From assembly GCA_963829525.1 (NCBI GenBank), contig CAWHIJ010000003.1, forward strand, positions 1,504,001-1,568,000: a DNA stretch of 64,000 bases, given 5' to 3'. This document shows, piece after piece, positions 19,997 to 29,845 of the stretch; within the stretch, counting starts at the first letter, position 1; every line of letters begins with the position of its first letter. The DNA is from an uncultured Actinomycetota bacterium. Lineage in GTDB: Bacteria; Actinomycetota; Actinomycetes; JAHEKZ01. The notes under the pieces are model-generated. The model did no database searches, was not told the origin of the DNA, and saw nothing but the letters and a program-made list of their open reading frames with translations. A program made the translations under genes and the position numbers.

Positions 19997-20935
19997 TCAC
20001 GACCCAACGATGATGGACTGGTAGATGCTGATGGCCGCCGGACCGAGTACGACGACGAACAGAGCTGGAAGGATACAGAAGATGAGCGGGAAGAGAATCT
20101 TTACCGGAACCTTCTGCGCTTGTTCCTCGGCGCGCTGGGAGCGTTTGACTCGCATCTCTTTGGCCTGAACTCGCAGAACATTGGCGATCGGGATGCCGAA
20201 CGCGTCCGCCTGAACCATTGACGTGACGAAGCCTTGAAGCTCTTCAACGTCGGTGCGATCCCCGAGCGCGCGCATCGCGTCCGTGCGACCCATCCCGATC
20301 TGCATCTCTTGCAGCACGCGGAAGAACTCATCAGCGAGCGGTCCATCGGTGTTACGCGCAACCTGCGAGACGGCGGCGTCGAACGCGAGCCCTGCCTCAA
20401 CGCTGATGGTCAGCAGGTCGAGCGCGTCCGGCAGGTCCTTGCGGATCTGGTCGCTGCGGTTGTAGGCGCTTTGGTAGAGCACGATGTTGGGCACGTAGAA
20501 GCCCAGAAGCGTGATGCCAGCGGCGATCGCGACGGTGGGCAAGAGCCCCCCGACAAGTGCCCCGAGAGCGATTCCGAGCAGCAGCCCGGCAAACAGGCCG
20601 AGGACCTTGAAAGCGATGACTCGATCCACGTCCCACCCGGGGGGATTACCCGCAAGGTCGAGCTTGCGTGCCATCCGTTCGGACTGGTCGCCGGCCGTGA
20701 ATCGGCGGCCGATAGTCGTCAGTCGACCCATTGCAGGCGACATCACTCGGTCGCCGAACGGCTTGTCGAGCTCGGTCTTCATGTGGTCAGGTGCTGTGTC
20801 TATGGCGCGGACGGCGGCCAAGGACCGATTGACCGCCTGGCGCTCAGACGTGATGGTGCCGATGGTGGTCAGCAGCAGGACGATGGCGAGGAAGACTGCG
20901 GCCAGGCCGAGAAGTAGAACGAGTTGCGACGGCAT
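19997..20935 (-). CDS. tadC: Tad pilus inner-membrane platform protein (T2SSF family)
   Basis: LPDALDLLTISVEAGLAFD, QADAFG, AEEQAQKVPVKILFPLIFCILP. Confidence 0.93.
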   Translation of the reverse strand: MPSQLVLLLGLAAVFLAIVLLLTTIGTITSERQAVNRSLAAVRAIDTAPDHMKTELDKPFGDRVMSPAMGRLTTIGRRFTAGDQSERMARKLDLAGNPPGWDVDRVIAFKVLGLFAGLLLGIALGALVGGLLPTVAIAAGITLLGFYVPNIVLYQSAYNRSDQIRKDLPDALDLLTISVEAGLAFDAAVSQVARNTDGPLADEFFRVLQEMQIGMGRTDAMRALGDRTDVEELQGFVTSMVQADAFGIPIANVLRVQAKEMRVKRSQRAEEQAQKVPVKILFPLIFCILPALFVVVLGPAAISIYQSIIVGS

Positions 20936-20936
20936 G

Positions 20937-22889
20937 TCAGACCTCCACCTTGACGACCTTGCGAAGCCACAATCCGCCGACGGCAAGGAGGAGAAGGCCC
21001 ACGATGACCAGCACCCACCCGGCAGGAGTCGTGACCAGCGGTTGGAGGTACTCCGGGCGAACGAGCACCATGTAGAGCGCGAAAGTCACCGGAAGCATGG
21101 CCAGGATCCAGGCCGAAAGGCGCCCCTCGGCAGACAGCACCTGCACCTGTCGACGGAGTCGCTCACGTTCGCGCAGGGTGGCCGAAACGGTGGAAAGCAC
21201 CTCAGCGAGGTTACCTCCCACTTCACGTTGGATTCTGATTGCCATGACCACCCAGGTGAAGTCGACGCTCTGCATGCGTTGCGCGATCCCATCCAGCGCG
21301 TCCTCGAGCTCAACACCGAGTCGGGTCTCGACAAGAGCGCGGTTGAACTCGGTGGAGATCGGAGGTTTCCCCTCGCGCACCACAGTGTCGATCGCTTGAG
21401 GCATCGAATAACCGGCCGACAGGCTTCCGGCCATCAGCTGGAGGGTGTCAGGTAGCGCGGCAAGGAATGCTTTGCGACGCTGGCCCGCCTTGCGCGAGAG
21501 GTAGAGCCACGGAATGAGGCCACCGAAGAACATGCCGATGATCGTCACGAGGATTCTGCCGCTGGACAGCAAGAAGAGCACGAGGCCGGCGCCGAGGACT
21601 ATCCCCACGTGGATGAGCAGCCACTCTGCTGGTTTGAGTGGCACCGCTGCAGACTCCAGACGACCCCCAAGTCGCGACTCGAAGTCCCGTTGGGCCACTA
21701 CGCGCCCGGCAAGCTCAACCGCGCTTCTGGCGACCTGAGTGTCGCCCAGCACCGTCGTCTCCTGTTCCTTCACCGGCTGTCGCCCGCCCAGGGTGTAGAT
21801 CGACAGGCGACGACGCACGCCGCTGCTCTGCCCTCGCTCCGGGTCGGTGGCTGAGGAAATCGCGACGTAGACGAGGATCAGCAAGGCGATGCCGACGGCG
21901 ATCACGGCGATCCAGATCAGGTTGTCCGAGACCGCCTGGATCGGGCCGGGGTCGGGAGCGGGTGCCGGCTTGATGTCCTCGGGGGCCGGGATGTCGGCGG
22001 GGGCTATTGAGACGAATGCTTGGTCGGTGACGGCGGCCCCATCGACGAGGACGGTGACCGAAATCGTGGCAGAGTTCTTGGTGAAATCCTCGGGCAGGGG
22101 AGCGGTGAGAACTAGGCGGTTGCTGATGCTTGAGGCCGCATCGTTGAATGCGGTAACCAGTTCGGCCGTGTCGGCCGCCTGGTAGACGGTCCCACCGGTG
22201 GCATCGGCGATATCGGTCAGCGCCGCAGTCTGGCCCGAGCTCTCGCCGAACGAAACCACGTCGAAGCGAGCCTCTGCATTCTCGGCCGACTTGGTTGCCT
22301 CTGCCAGCGTGGCCGTACTGCCGCGGTCGGCCCCATCTGAGAGCAGAAGTGCCGAACCTACGTCGGCGCTCTTCAACTCGTCCGCCGCGAGGACGACTGC
22401 GTCGTAGAGCACCGTTTGCTGTGCCGTGGCTAGACCATCGATGGCCTCAACAAGAGCGTTGCGGTCGGTGGTCGGGGCTACCCGCACCTCAGTGGAGCTG
22501 TCGAAAGTGATGAGTCCGATCTCGACTTCCGCAGGTACCGCCTCCACGAACTGCTTGGCTGCGTCCTGTGCACTGGCAAGCTTGCCGTTCTCGTTCATCG
22601 AGTCGCTGGTGTCCATCACCAGATACGTTGTCTGCGTGATGTCGCTGTTGTCACTCGCAGCCTCAACCGAAGGGTCGAGCGGCTGGCCGTCCAAAGACGC
22701 TGACACATTGTTGGTGTCGACGTCGGCCCCGGGAGCTAGGCCGCTGAGGCCGAGGACGACGCTGAGCTCGCCATCGTTTACCTCAACCTGCTCGATCGTG
22801 GAGCTGGTCTCGGCAATCGCCGTTCCGGCGCCCGCAAGGAGGATGAGCGCTGCGATGGCGGCGCCGGTCAGGGTCCGACGCACGCTCAT
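20937..22889 (-). CDS. tadB: TadB with an N-terminal signal peptide and VWA domain
   Basis: Signal peptide ending AIA, MIDAS DTSDS, LYDAV, LLSDG; C-terminal LPDTLQLMAGSLSAG, IQREVGGNLAE, LSAEGRLSA. Confidence 0.9.
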   Translation of the reverse strand: MSVRRTLTGAAIAALILLAGAGTAIAETSSTIEQVEVNDGELSVVLGLSGLAPGADVDTNNVSASLDGQPLDPSVEAASDNSDITQTTYLVMDTSDSMNENGKLASAQDAAKQFVEAVPAEVEIGLITFDSSTEVRVAPTTDRNALVEAIDGLATAQQTVLYDAVVLAADELKSADVGSALLLSDGADRGSTATLAEATKSAENAEARFDVVSFGESSGQTAALTDIADATGGTVYQAADTAELVTAFNDAASSISNRLVLTAPLPEDFTKNSATISVTVLVDGAAVTDQAFVSIAPADIPAPEDIKPAPAPDPGPIQAVSDNLIWIAVIAVGIALLILVYVAISSATDPERGQSSGVRRRLSIYTLGGRQPVKEQETTVLGDTQVARSAVELAGRVVAQRDFESRLGGRLESAAVPLKPAEWLLIHVGIVLGAGLVLFLLSSGRILVTIIGMFFGGLIPWLYLSRKAGQRRKAFLAALPDTLQLMAGSLSAGYSMPQAIDTVVREGKPPISTEFNRALVETRLGVELEDALDGIAQRMQSVDFTWVVMAIRIQREVGGNLAEVLSTVSATLRERERLRRQVQVLSAEGRLSAWILAMLPVTFALYMVLVRPEYLQPLVTTPAGWVLVIVGLLLLAVGGLWLRKVVKVEV

Positions 22890-24277
22890 CGCCCCGTGAA
22901 CTTCTCGAAGGCGAAGAGGGACGGGTCGACGCTGACGCCAGAGGCTGTGAGCTTGTCGAGGAACTTAGGACGAAGCCCGGTTGACTTCAAGGTTCCGATC
23001 GAGCGGCCGTTCTCGTCGAACCCCGCTCCGTGGTCGAAGAGGAAGAGGTCCTGGAGGGTGATCACATCACCTTCCATACCGACCACTTCGGAGACCGCGG
23101 TGATGTGTCGCGTCCCGTCCTTGAACCGGGTCTGCTGGACCACCAGATCGATGGCGCTGGCAACCTGCTCTCGAATCGCGCGCACCGGCAGGTCGACCCC
23201 GGCCATCAGGACCATGGTCTCGATGCGGGCAAGCACGTCACGAGGCGTGTTGGCGTGAACGGTACAGATCGACCCGTCGTGACCGGTGTTCATCGCCTGA
23301 AGCATGTCCAGTGCCGCCGCGTCACGAACTTCACCGACGACGATGCGGTCCGGGCGCATACGCAGGGCGTTTCGCACGAGGTCGCGAACCTTGACCTCAC
23401 CGCGACCTTCGATGTTCGGTGGACGTGCCTCGAGCCGAAGCACGTGGTCTTGGTGCAGCTGCAGCTCTGCGGCGTCCTCGATCGTGACGATCCGCTCGTT
23501 CTCGGGGATGAAAGAAGACAGCACGTTGAGCGTGGTCGTCTTTCCGGCGCCCGTGCCGCCGGAGACCAAGATGTTGAGCTTGCCCCGCACACATGCGTCG
23601 AGGAAGTCCGCAACCGACCGCGTCAGGGTGCCGAAGCCGATCAGGTCCTCGATCCGGTACGGGTCCGCGGCGAACTTTCGGATGGTGAGCATCGAGCCAT
23701 CGAGAGCAAGCGGCGGGACGACTGCGTTGACACGGCTGCCGTCGGGAAGCCGGGCGTCGACCATGGGGCTGGACTCGTCGACGCGACGTCCCACACGCGC
23801 CACGATCTTCTCGATCGTGCGGCGCAGATGGTTCTCGTCGGTGAACTCGCCATCGGTCTTGTAGAGCCGGCCGGCACGCTCAATCCAAATGTCGCTGCTG
23901 CCGTTGACCATGACCTCGGTGATGTCGGGGTCACGCAGGTAGGGCTCGAGAGGGCCATAGCCGAGGATGTCGTCGGCGATCTCTTGGGCGATTCGGGCCC
24001 GGTCGGCTGTGGTGAGAGGTGTGTCATCTTGGCTCAGAACCTCTTGCAGCGCCTGGCGGACCTTCTGCTCCAGCTCGCTCTGCGTCTGCCGTGAGTCGTA
24101 GAGCTTGGGGCCAAGGTTGTCGAGCAGAGCTTGGTGCACTGTGCGCTTGAGGTCGGCAAAGGGGTCGCTGGACTTGCGCTTGGCTAAGGGCTTGCCGATC
24201 AGGGTGTCGTCGGCCTCCACGCGCTCGGTCGGAGCCTTCTGTCGCCGGGCTTCGGCGAGGCGGTCTGCCAGGCTCAT
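22886..24277 (-). CDS. tadA: Tad pilus assembly ATPase TadA/CpaF
   Basis: GGTGAGKTT, TIEDAAEL, LRMRPDRIVVGE, AMNTGHDG. Confidence 0.96.
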   Translation of the reverse strand: MSLADRLAEARRQKAPTERVEADDTLIGKPLAKRKSSDPFADLKRTVHQALLDNLGPKLYDSRQTQSELEQKVRQALQEVLSQDDTPLTTADRARIAQEIADDILGYGPLEPYLRDPDITEVMVNGSSDIWIERAGRLYKTDGEFTDENHLRRTIEKIVARVGRRVDESSPMVDARLPDGSRVNAVVPPLALDGSMLTIRKFAADPYRIEDLIGFGTLTRSVADFLDACVRGKLNILVSGGTGAGKTTTLNVLSSFIPENERIVTIEDAAELQLHQDHVLRLEARPPNIEGRGEVKVRDLVRNALRMRPDRIVVGEVRDAAALDMLQAMNTGHDGSICTVHANTPRDVLARIETMVLMAGVDLPVRAIREQVASAIDLVVQQTRFKDGTRHITAVSEVVGMEGDVITLQDLFLFDHGAGFDENGRSIGTLKSTGLRPKFLDKLTASGVSVDPSLFAFEKFTGR

Positions 24278-25485
24278 GAGGTCTTGGCCTTCCTGCGAAG
24301 GAGACCGCGGCGGTCGCTGCGGAGCTCAGGAGGGATGGAGGAGTCGGTGTGACGCCCAGTGAGTACATGCTTCTCGGCGAACTGACGGATCGCCACGCTG
24401 ACCGGATGCTTGGGGTCGTCGTAGATGATCGGCACGCCCCGGTTGATGGCAGCGGGCACGTCTCGCGAGCTGGGGATCTGGATCGAGATCGGAACGCGCA
24501 GGGTCTTCTCTACCTCGTTGAGGGCCAGTCCGACCTTGGAGTCGGAGCGGTTGAGGACAACGGCCCACTTCTCTCGGGGGAAGTTGATCTCCTCGAGGGT
24601 CTCGAGTGTCAGCTTGAGGTTCTTCAGGGCCGGGATGTCAAGAGTCGCGATCAGTGCGATGAGGTCGCTCTGGTCGAGCGCCTCGAGCACCTGCTCGTCG
24701 AATGCCGGGGGGGTGTCGACGACGACGTAGTCGAACTCTTGGCGGAGGATTGACAGGATCTCTCGTACCAGGTCTGCAGTGATCCCCCTGTTCGACCCGG
24801 GGTCCAGGGGAGCTACCAGTGTTGACAGTCCCGGGATGTTGTTGTGCGGGGTGAGCAGTGACTCGACTGCCGGGGCGTCGAGACCGTCGCCGAGCGAGAC
24901 GGCGTCGGCGATGGTGTGAGCCGGGAAGAGCTGCAGAGCGATCGCGACGTCGCCGAAGGAGAGGTCGAGGTCGACGAGACAGACGCGATTGCGTCCTCCC
25001 TCTGTGAGGGCTACCGCAAGGTTCGTCGACAGCGTGGTCTTGCCGCAGCCACCCTTGGCCGAGAACACCGTGACCAAGATGGCGTGGTCGACCTCGTCCT
25101 CGGGGTGCGCGGCCCCCGGAACTGTCTCACGCATTGACTGGGCGAGCTGCTTCACCCGGGCTACCGCCGAGTTGATTCCGGCGAGGTCGCGCTCTTCGCA
25201 CACTTCTCGAACCCCAGAACGCAGGGCATCGGCCAGCACGGAGGTATCGACCCTGCGACGAACAAGGACTACTCCGAGACTCTGCCGAGAGACCCTCATC
25301 CCAGCGGCAAGCTCAAGCGCGCTCTCGAGGTCGACAGAGGACCCGATCACAACGGCGTCCTCGCCCAAGTGGGTGTCGAGATGGCGCCGGAGTGCGTCGA
25401 GCGTCGGAAGCACCGTGGCATCGGCACCGAGTGCCGAGCGAAGTGACTCCGCGGTGTTGGCGTCGTAATCGAGGATGACAGTCAT
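24274..25485 (-). CDS. cpaE: CpaE/TadZ-like MinD/ParA ATPase with an N-terminal receiver-like domain
   Basis: Deviant Walker A SAKGGCGKTT, LVDLDLSFGD, VVDTP; ATG at 25485 overlaps the cpaB TGA. Confidence 0.88.
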   Translation of the reverse strand: MTVILDYDANTAESLRSALGADATVLPTLDALRRHLDTHLGEDAVVIGSSVDLESALELAAGMRVSRQSLGVVLVRRRVDTSVLADALRSGVREVCEERDLAGINSAVARVKQLAQSMRETVPGAAHPEDEVDHAILVTVFSAKGGCGKTTLSTNLAVALTEGGRNRVCLVDLDLSFGDVAIALQLFPAHTIADAVSLGDGLDAPAVESLLTPHNNIPGLSTLVAPLDPGSNRGITADLVREILSILRQEFDYVVVDTPPAFDEQVLEALDQSDLIALIATLDIPALKNLKLTLETLEEINFPREKWAVVLNRSDSKVGLALNEVEKTLRVPISIQIPSSRDVPAAINRGVPIIYDDPKHPVSVAIRQFAEKHVLTGRHTDSSIPPELRSDRRGLLRRKAKTS

Positions 25486-26226
25486 CAGCGGAACAGGTTC
25501 TGAGTGGTGGTGGCCCCGCCGGTACGCACCTTGGTTCCGTCTCCGAGAAGTGCGAAGTAGAGGGCGCCTCCGGTCTGCGCGTTGATGATCTTCTCGGCCT
25601 CTTGCTGGTCGACCGACAGCGGTGAGGATCGCCAAGGGGATCTCCTCAGTTGTCGAGTCGCCTTGGTCGGTCGTGGTTGTCTGTGTGGTCAGCGTGGTAG
25701 CGCCGACACCGATTACCTCGACCTCGGGCAGCAACGCAGAGGTCACGTCGATGTCGGTGGTCGCTGCTGTCCGGCCAGTGAGAGTTGCGAAGACAGCAAC
25801 TCGTGATCCGGGAACCACGAATCCAGCGACGCGCTCTGGGTCTCCGAGCTGGACCGAGATGGCCAGCTGACCCTTGGGAACCTCGAGTCCAGAGGCCGCC
25901 TGCGCGTTGCCGAACATCTGCGCCAAGATCTGCTGCCCCGGAAAGATTGGTGCGAGCGCAACCTGGTCGGAGATGATCGTGATGTCAGTCAACGCTCCTT
26001 CGGCTGCAGCCGAAGCCGGAACCTCTTGAATCTCGAAGGCTCCGTCCTCAGAAGCAGTGGAGGCTGTTGTCCCTGCGGCCACCTCCTGGGTGGCCACGAG
26101 CACCTGGACCGGAGTGGCGTCGGCCTGCGCACGTTCGTCTGCACCTCGCACGTACACGAAGATGAGAACGGTGCCGAGCGCGGCAACGACCAGAGCGGCA
26201 ATGAGCAAAAGAGTTCTACGTCCCAT
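25485..26226 (-). CDS. cpaB: Flp pilus assembly protein CpaB/RcpC (extra base near 25620)
   Basis: N-terminal TM, SAF segment VLVATQEVAAGT, VAGFVVPGSRV; corrected C-terminus LTLSVDQQEAEKII...LYFALL...QNLFR-stop. Confidence 0.88.
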
Positions 26227-26233
26227 AAGACCT

Positions 26234-26261
26234 CTATCGGAGTGTGACGTGCTCGGTTGAG
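26234..26261 (-). promoter_or_regulatory. Sigma-28 (FliA/WhiG)-like promoter of the cpaB operon
   Basis: CTCAAC-N14-TCCGATAG, 7 nt before the cpaB ATG. Confidence 0.55.
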
Positions 26262-26452
26262 GGAACAAGGCGGACAAATTTCTTGAGCGGGTGCTCCAGC
26301 GGCCATGGTCGGCACTGCCTGCGACACACCATGAGCCCCCGAGATCCCCTGGCGACCGCTGTCGCCAATGGTGCATCGTCCCATGGCACCTTGTCCGTTA
26401 CGCGCAGGGACTCCCGGTCTGTCCCTGGTAGCAAACACCTAGTTATATCGAA

Positions 26453-27985
26453 CTACCCACCAGCAACCGTGAGCACGACCTGGGCGCGCACGTGCGGATG
26501 ACTCCACGCCAAGTTGGTCCGGTACCAGTGCAGAAAGGTGAGGAGCGCGACGGGCAGCGCACCGAGCAGCGGGAACCACCACGGCTGGGCGAGGGCCAGC
26601 CCGGCGAAGTAGAGGCTGGTAAAGGTGGTGACGGTGGCGAACCGCACTGACTGCGCTGCCATGACCCCCGGTGTGGCCGGAGTGTCCCGAGGGCCCTGCA
26701 GGTCTGCCCGATGTGGGTGTCGCAGCGAGGACCGCATGCCGATGGCCACGACGATCAGGACACAGCAGACCGCGGAGGCTATCGCGGCAGAGACTTGCGC
26801 CCCTGTCGACGGAACGGGGGCTCGAAGCGAGCCACCGATCAGTGCTGAGAGAACCGCGGCCATGGCCACCTCGAGGAAGACCAATGACTTTGCGAGGAAT
26901 GCCGATTGCGACCACTCCGGCAGAGTGGCAAGCCACACCGAGCCGGTGGAGTCGAGCGTGAAGGCGTTGATCCCGAAGAGCAATCCAGCGCCAGCTGCGA
27001 TGAGTCCTGGAACCAGGATCAGCGACTGCCAGGTCATCCCGGCCAGGGCTGCAATCATCCCGGGCACGACGACGAGGACGAGTACCCCGCGGCGCAGGGG
27101 GGTGGAGCGCCAGACGCTGGCGTGGTCGACCACAACCAGAGCGAGCAGGCGATTGGACCGCTGGCGTCGCCGAGTCAGTGATCGTGCACTGGCCCGATCG
27201 GAGTGGTCACCAGGCCGTCGTAGGGCCCACGCGGTCACCGCGTCCCCGGCCTTGAGAAGGACGAGTGCAGGGATGGCCAGAGCTGCGAGGACGATCAACC
27301 AGTCCCGGTAGTTGCCTGCGTATCCGTCGAAGGCACCAACCAACACCCTTGTCGTCGGTGAGCGGTCGAGCAACGTGATGACGTTGTCCGTCCAGAAGAT
27401 GAGTAGTCCACCAACAATGACGGCCAGCCCCAAGAGGTTCGTGACCCACCGACCTGGCCGGTTCTGTCGAATCCCCATCACCAGCCAACCGGCAACGTGT
27501 CCGAAGACGGTGGCCAATCCGATGAAGGCAGCCGCCACAACCAGCGCTCTTGCGGTTGGCAACCAGACGAGGTCACCGGCGGCAAATCCGGTGACTACGA
27601 ACAGCGCCACCACGTTGATCATCCAGGCCAAGTTGATCGGCGCGAGGACCAAGGTGCTGCGAAAGACGGTGGCGGGTCTGATGGGGTAGGCCATTAGATG
27701 GTCGGCGGGATAGAGCTCGTACCCGCCGCCAGACACTAGAGGTGCGAGGACCGCCAGCACGATGAACCCGACGTAGAAGGACGGTGTTGCCACCCCAAGG
27801 TTGAGTCTTTGGTCGTCCGGCGCCGTCTGGAGACTGAAGAGTCCTACCAGGACAAGTGCCGGGGGCACGAGGGTGACAAAGGTGATACCCCACCGCAAAG
27901 GTGTGGAGCGGATCATCTTCCAACGGAGCCTGAGGAGCGCCATCAGCTGCGCGTTGGGGGTGAGGGGGCGCGGTGGCGTGCTCAT
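26453..27985 (-). CDS. Multi-TM ABC exporter permease
   Basis: About 12 hydrophobic helices; start overlaps the stop of the upstream ABC ATPase. Confidence 0.75.
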   Translation of the reverse strand: MSTPPRPLTPNAQLMALLRLRWKMIRSTPLRWGITFVTLVPPALVLVGLFSLQTAPDDQRLNLGVATPSFYVGFIVLAVLAPLVSGGGYELYPADHLMAYPIRPATVFRSTLVLAPINLAWMINVVALFVVTGFAAGDLVWLPTARALVVAAAFIGLATVFGHVAGWLVMGIRQNRPGRWVTNLLGLAVIVGGLLIFWTDNVITLLDRSPTTRVLVGAFDGYAGNYRDWLIVLAALAIPALVLLKAGDAVTAWALRRPGDHSDRASARSLTRRRQRSNRLLALVVVDHASVWRSTPLRRGVLVLVVVPGMIAALAGMTWQSLILVPGLIAAGAGLLFGINAFTLDSTGSVWLATLPEWSQSAFLAKSLVFLEVAMAAVLSALIGGSLRAPVPSTGAQVSAAIASAVCCVLIVVAIGMRSSLRHPHRADLQGPRDTPATPGVMAAQSVRFATVTTFTSLYFAGLALAQPWWFPLLGALPVALLTFLHWYRTNLAWSHPHVRAQVVLTVAGG

Positions 27986-28692
27986 GAGGTCAGCAGGGAG
28001 CGGTAGCGCTCTGCACCGGCTCGACCGGCCAACTCGGTCGCCGGGGCCGCGGCGATCACCCGTCCGCGCCTGAGCACGACCGCCTGCTCGCAGGCCTGAA
28101 CGGCGAGCTCGAGGAGGTGGGTCGAGACCATGACCGCCGACCCGGTTGCGCGAAGTTCGGCGATCACTTCCATCGTTGCCTCGACGCCGAGCGGGTCCAC
28201 CCCGTCAAATGGCTCGTCGAGCAGCAGCACCTCGGGTTCATGAAAGGCGGCCAGGATCACCGACATCCTCCGGCCCATGCCATGCGAGAAACCAGCGGTG
28301 ACCCGGTCGGCGACGCCAAGCAGGTCGAAGCGGTCCAGAAGGTCCTCGGCTCTCTTCTCCCAACCAGCGTCCATCGCCCGCATCGTGGCCGAGAGCTGCA
28401 GGTGCTCCCATGGGGTGGCTCGCGGGATGAGTCCTCCGACGTCCGGGCAGTAGCCGACTCGCGCCCGAGCCTGATCAGGGTGGCGCAATGCATCCACGCC
28501 GCCGATCGACACCGAGCCCGTGGTCGGGGGAAGCACGCCGGCCAGCACCTTCAATGTGGTCGACTTTCCCGCGCCGTTGCGTCCGACGAGCGCAAGGGTG
28601 GCACGGGCCGGCACGGTCAGGTCGAAGCCGTCAACGGCAACGACCGGCCCAAAGGCGACCGTGAGTCCCCGGGCTTCCACTACTGCGCTCAT
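27982..28692 (-). CDS. ABC transporter ATP-binding protein
   Basis: GRNGAGKST, FSHGM signature, LLLDEP, STH. Confidence 0.93.
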   Translation of the reverse strand: MSAVVEARGLTVAFGPVVAVDGFDLTVPARATLALVGRNGAGKSTTLKVLAGVLPPTTGSVSIGGVDALRHPDQARARVGYCPDVGGLIPRATPWEHLQLSATMRAMDAGWEKRAEDLLDRFDLLGVADRVTAGFSHGMGRRMSVILAAFHEPEVLLLDEPFDGVDPLGVEATMEVIAELRATGSAVMVSTHLLELAVQACEQAVVLRRGRVIAAAPATELAGRAGAERYRSLLTS

Positions 28693-28769
28693 CGTCCCCC
28701 CTTCGGCGCTTCCAGCCTCCAGGTTGATGGTCCACTCGGTGACTGCGCAACTCGAGAGTGACCGGCTCG

Positions 28770-28797
28770 TCAAGACTTAATGCCGCCATGCCGAGGA
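28770..28797 (+). promoter_or_regulatory. Sigma-28-like promoter
   Basis: TCAAG-N15-GCCGAGGA, 7 nt before GTG 28805. Confidence 0.5.
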
Positions 28798-28804
28798 TCC
28801 TTGC

Positions 28805-29293
28805 GTGAGTACCACTTTGTCTTGCGGCCAGTGCCGGGCTCCGCTGCGTGTGGAGCAGGGCTGGTGCTCGCTCTGTTACGCGACAGTAGAAGCTGAGTTC
28901 GATCCGTTGACCGCGCCCTTGGACGAGGTCGTAGGACGCTTGGAGCCTGTTACGCCAGCTGAGGCTGACCCGATGGCTGAGGCTGACCCGATGGAGGCCG
29001 TCGCCGGCGTGAGCGCTGACTGGGTCAGCACCCCATTGATCGACAGGGCATCGATCGACAGGGGACCAGCGACGTCAGGCGAGACCGCCGATCAGGAACA
29101 GAGTGCCGAGGTCAGTGATCTTGACGTGATGTTCTCGATGCTGGCGGCGGAGCATCGACGGAGTGATCCTGCAGCAGGCATTGCCGAGCGGCTGCAGGAC
29201 AAGTCGACCCGGATTGCGGTGATGGTTGGCGGCATGGCCTTCGTCGGCATCGTGGTGTTCCTCGCGCTCACCGTCTTCGGTGCCTTGGCCTGA
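28805..29293 (+). CDS. Hypothetical protein with N-terminal zinc-ribbon-like motif and C-terminal TM anchor
   Basis: CGQC...WCSLC; acidic linker with an 18-nt duplication (28958-28993); hydrophobic C-terminus. Confidence 0.7.
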   Translation: MSTTLSCGQCRAPLRVEQGWCSLCYATVEAEFDPLTAPLDEVVGRLEPVTPAEADPMAEADPMEAVAGVSADWVSTPLIDRASIDRGPATSGETADQEQSAEVSDLDVMFSMLAAEHRRSDPAAGIAERLQDKSTRIAVMVGGMAFVGIVVFLALTVFGALA

Positions 29294-29342
29294 GGCCGAT
29301 ACGCTCGCCGTATTCACCGTAAACGCACGGCCGGGAGCATTC

Positions 29343-29780
29343 ATGAGCGAGCAGACGTCCTCGACCATCGTCATCGGGGCGACGCCGACTGCAGTGATGA
29401 GCGAGATCGCCGACCTCGACTCATACCCGGAGTGGACCGGCTCGGTGCGATCGGTCGAGGTTCTCGATCGCAACGCAGACGGTCGTCCCTCTCGGGCGAC
29501 GTTTGTGCTCGACGCCGGCGTCGTCAAGGACACCTACACCCTCCAGTACACCTGGCACGGCGACGACTCGGTGAGCTGGACCCTGGTGGAGGCCCAGATG
29601 TTGACCGCCATGGACGGCAGCTACCACCTGACTGACCGGGGGGAAGCGGGCACCGACGTCGAGTACGTGCTGACGCTCGACCTCAAGATGCCCATGATCG
29701 GGTTGTTGCGCCGCAAGGCCGAGAAGGTGGTGACCGACACCGCGCTGAAGGAGCTCAAGCGTCGGGTCGAAGGGGCCTGA
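29343..29780 (+). CDS. SRPBCC (polyketide cyclase/START-like) protein
   Basis: ADLDSYPEW, MDGSY, RKAEKVVTDTALKELKRRVE. Confidence 0.9.
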   Translation: MSEQTSSTIVIGATPTAVMSEIADLDSYPEWTGSVRSVEVLDRNADGRPSRATFVLDAGVVKDTYTLQYTWHGDDSVSWTLVEAQMLTAMDGSYHLTDRGEAGTDVEYVLTLDLKMPMIGLLRRKAEKVVTDTALKELKRRVEGA

Positions 29781-29845
29781 CGGTCGGGCGACAGCGCTCG
29801 GATTACGGCAGCACCGCTAGGCTCTTTGCTCATGGAGGTCCAGCG

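Noticed and set aside
24274-26376. 700-aa CpaB-CpaE fusion in the ORF track
   Set aside because: One extra base near 25620 shifts cpaB into the cpaE frame; the corrected cpaB ends at a TGA overlapping the cpaE ATG at 25485.
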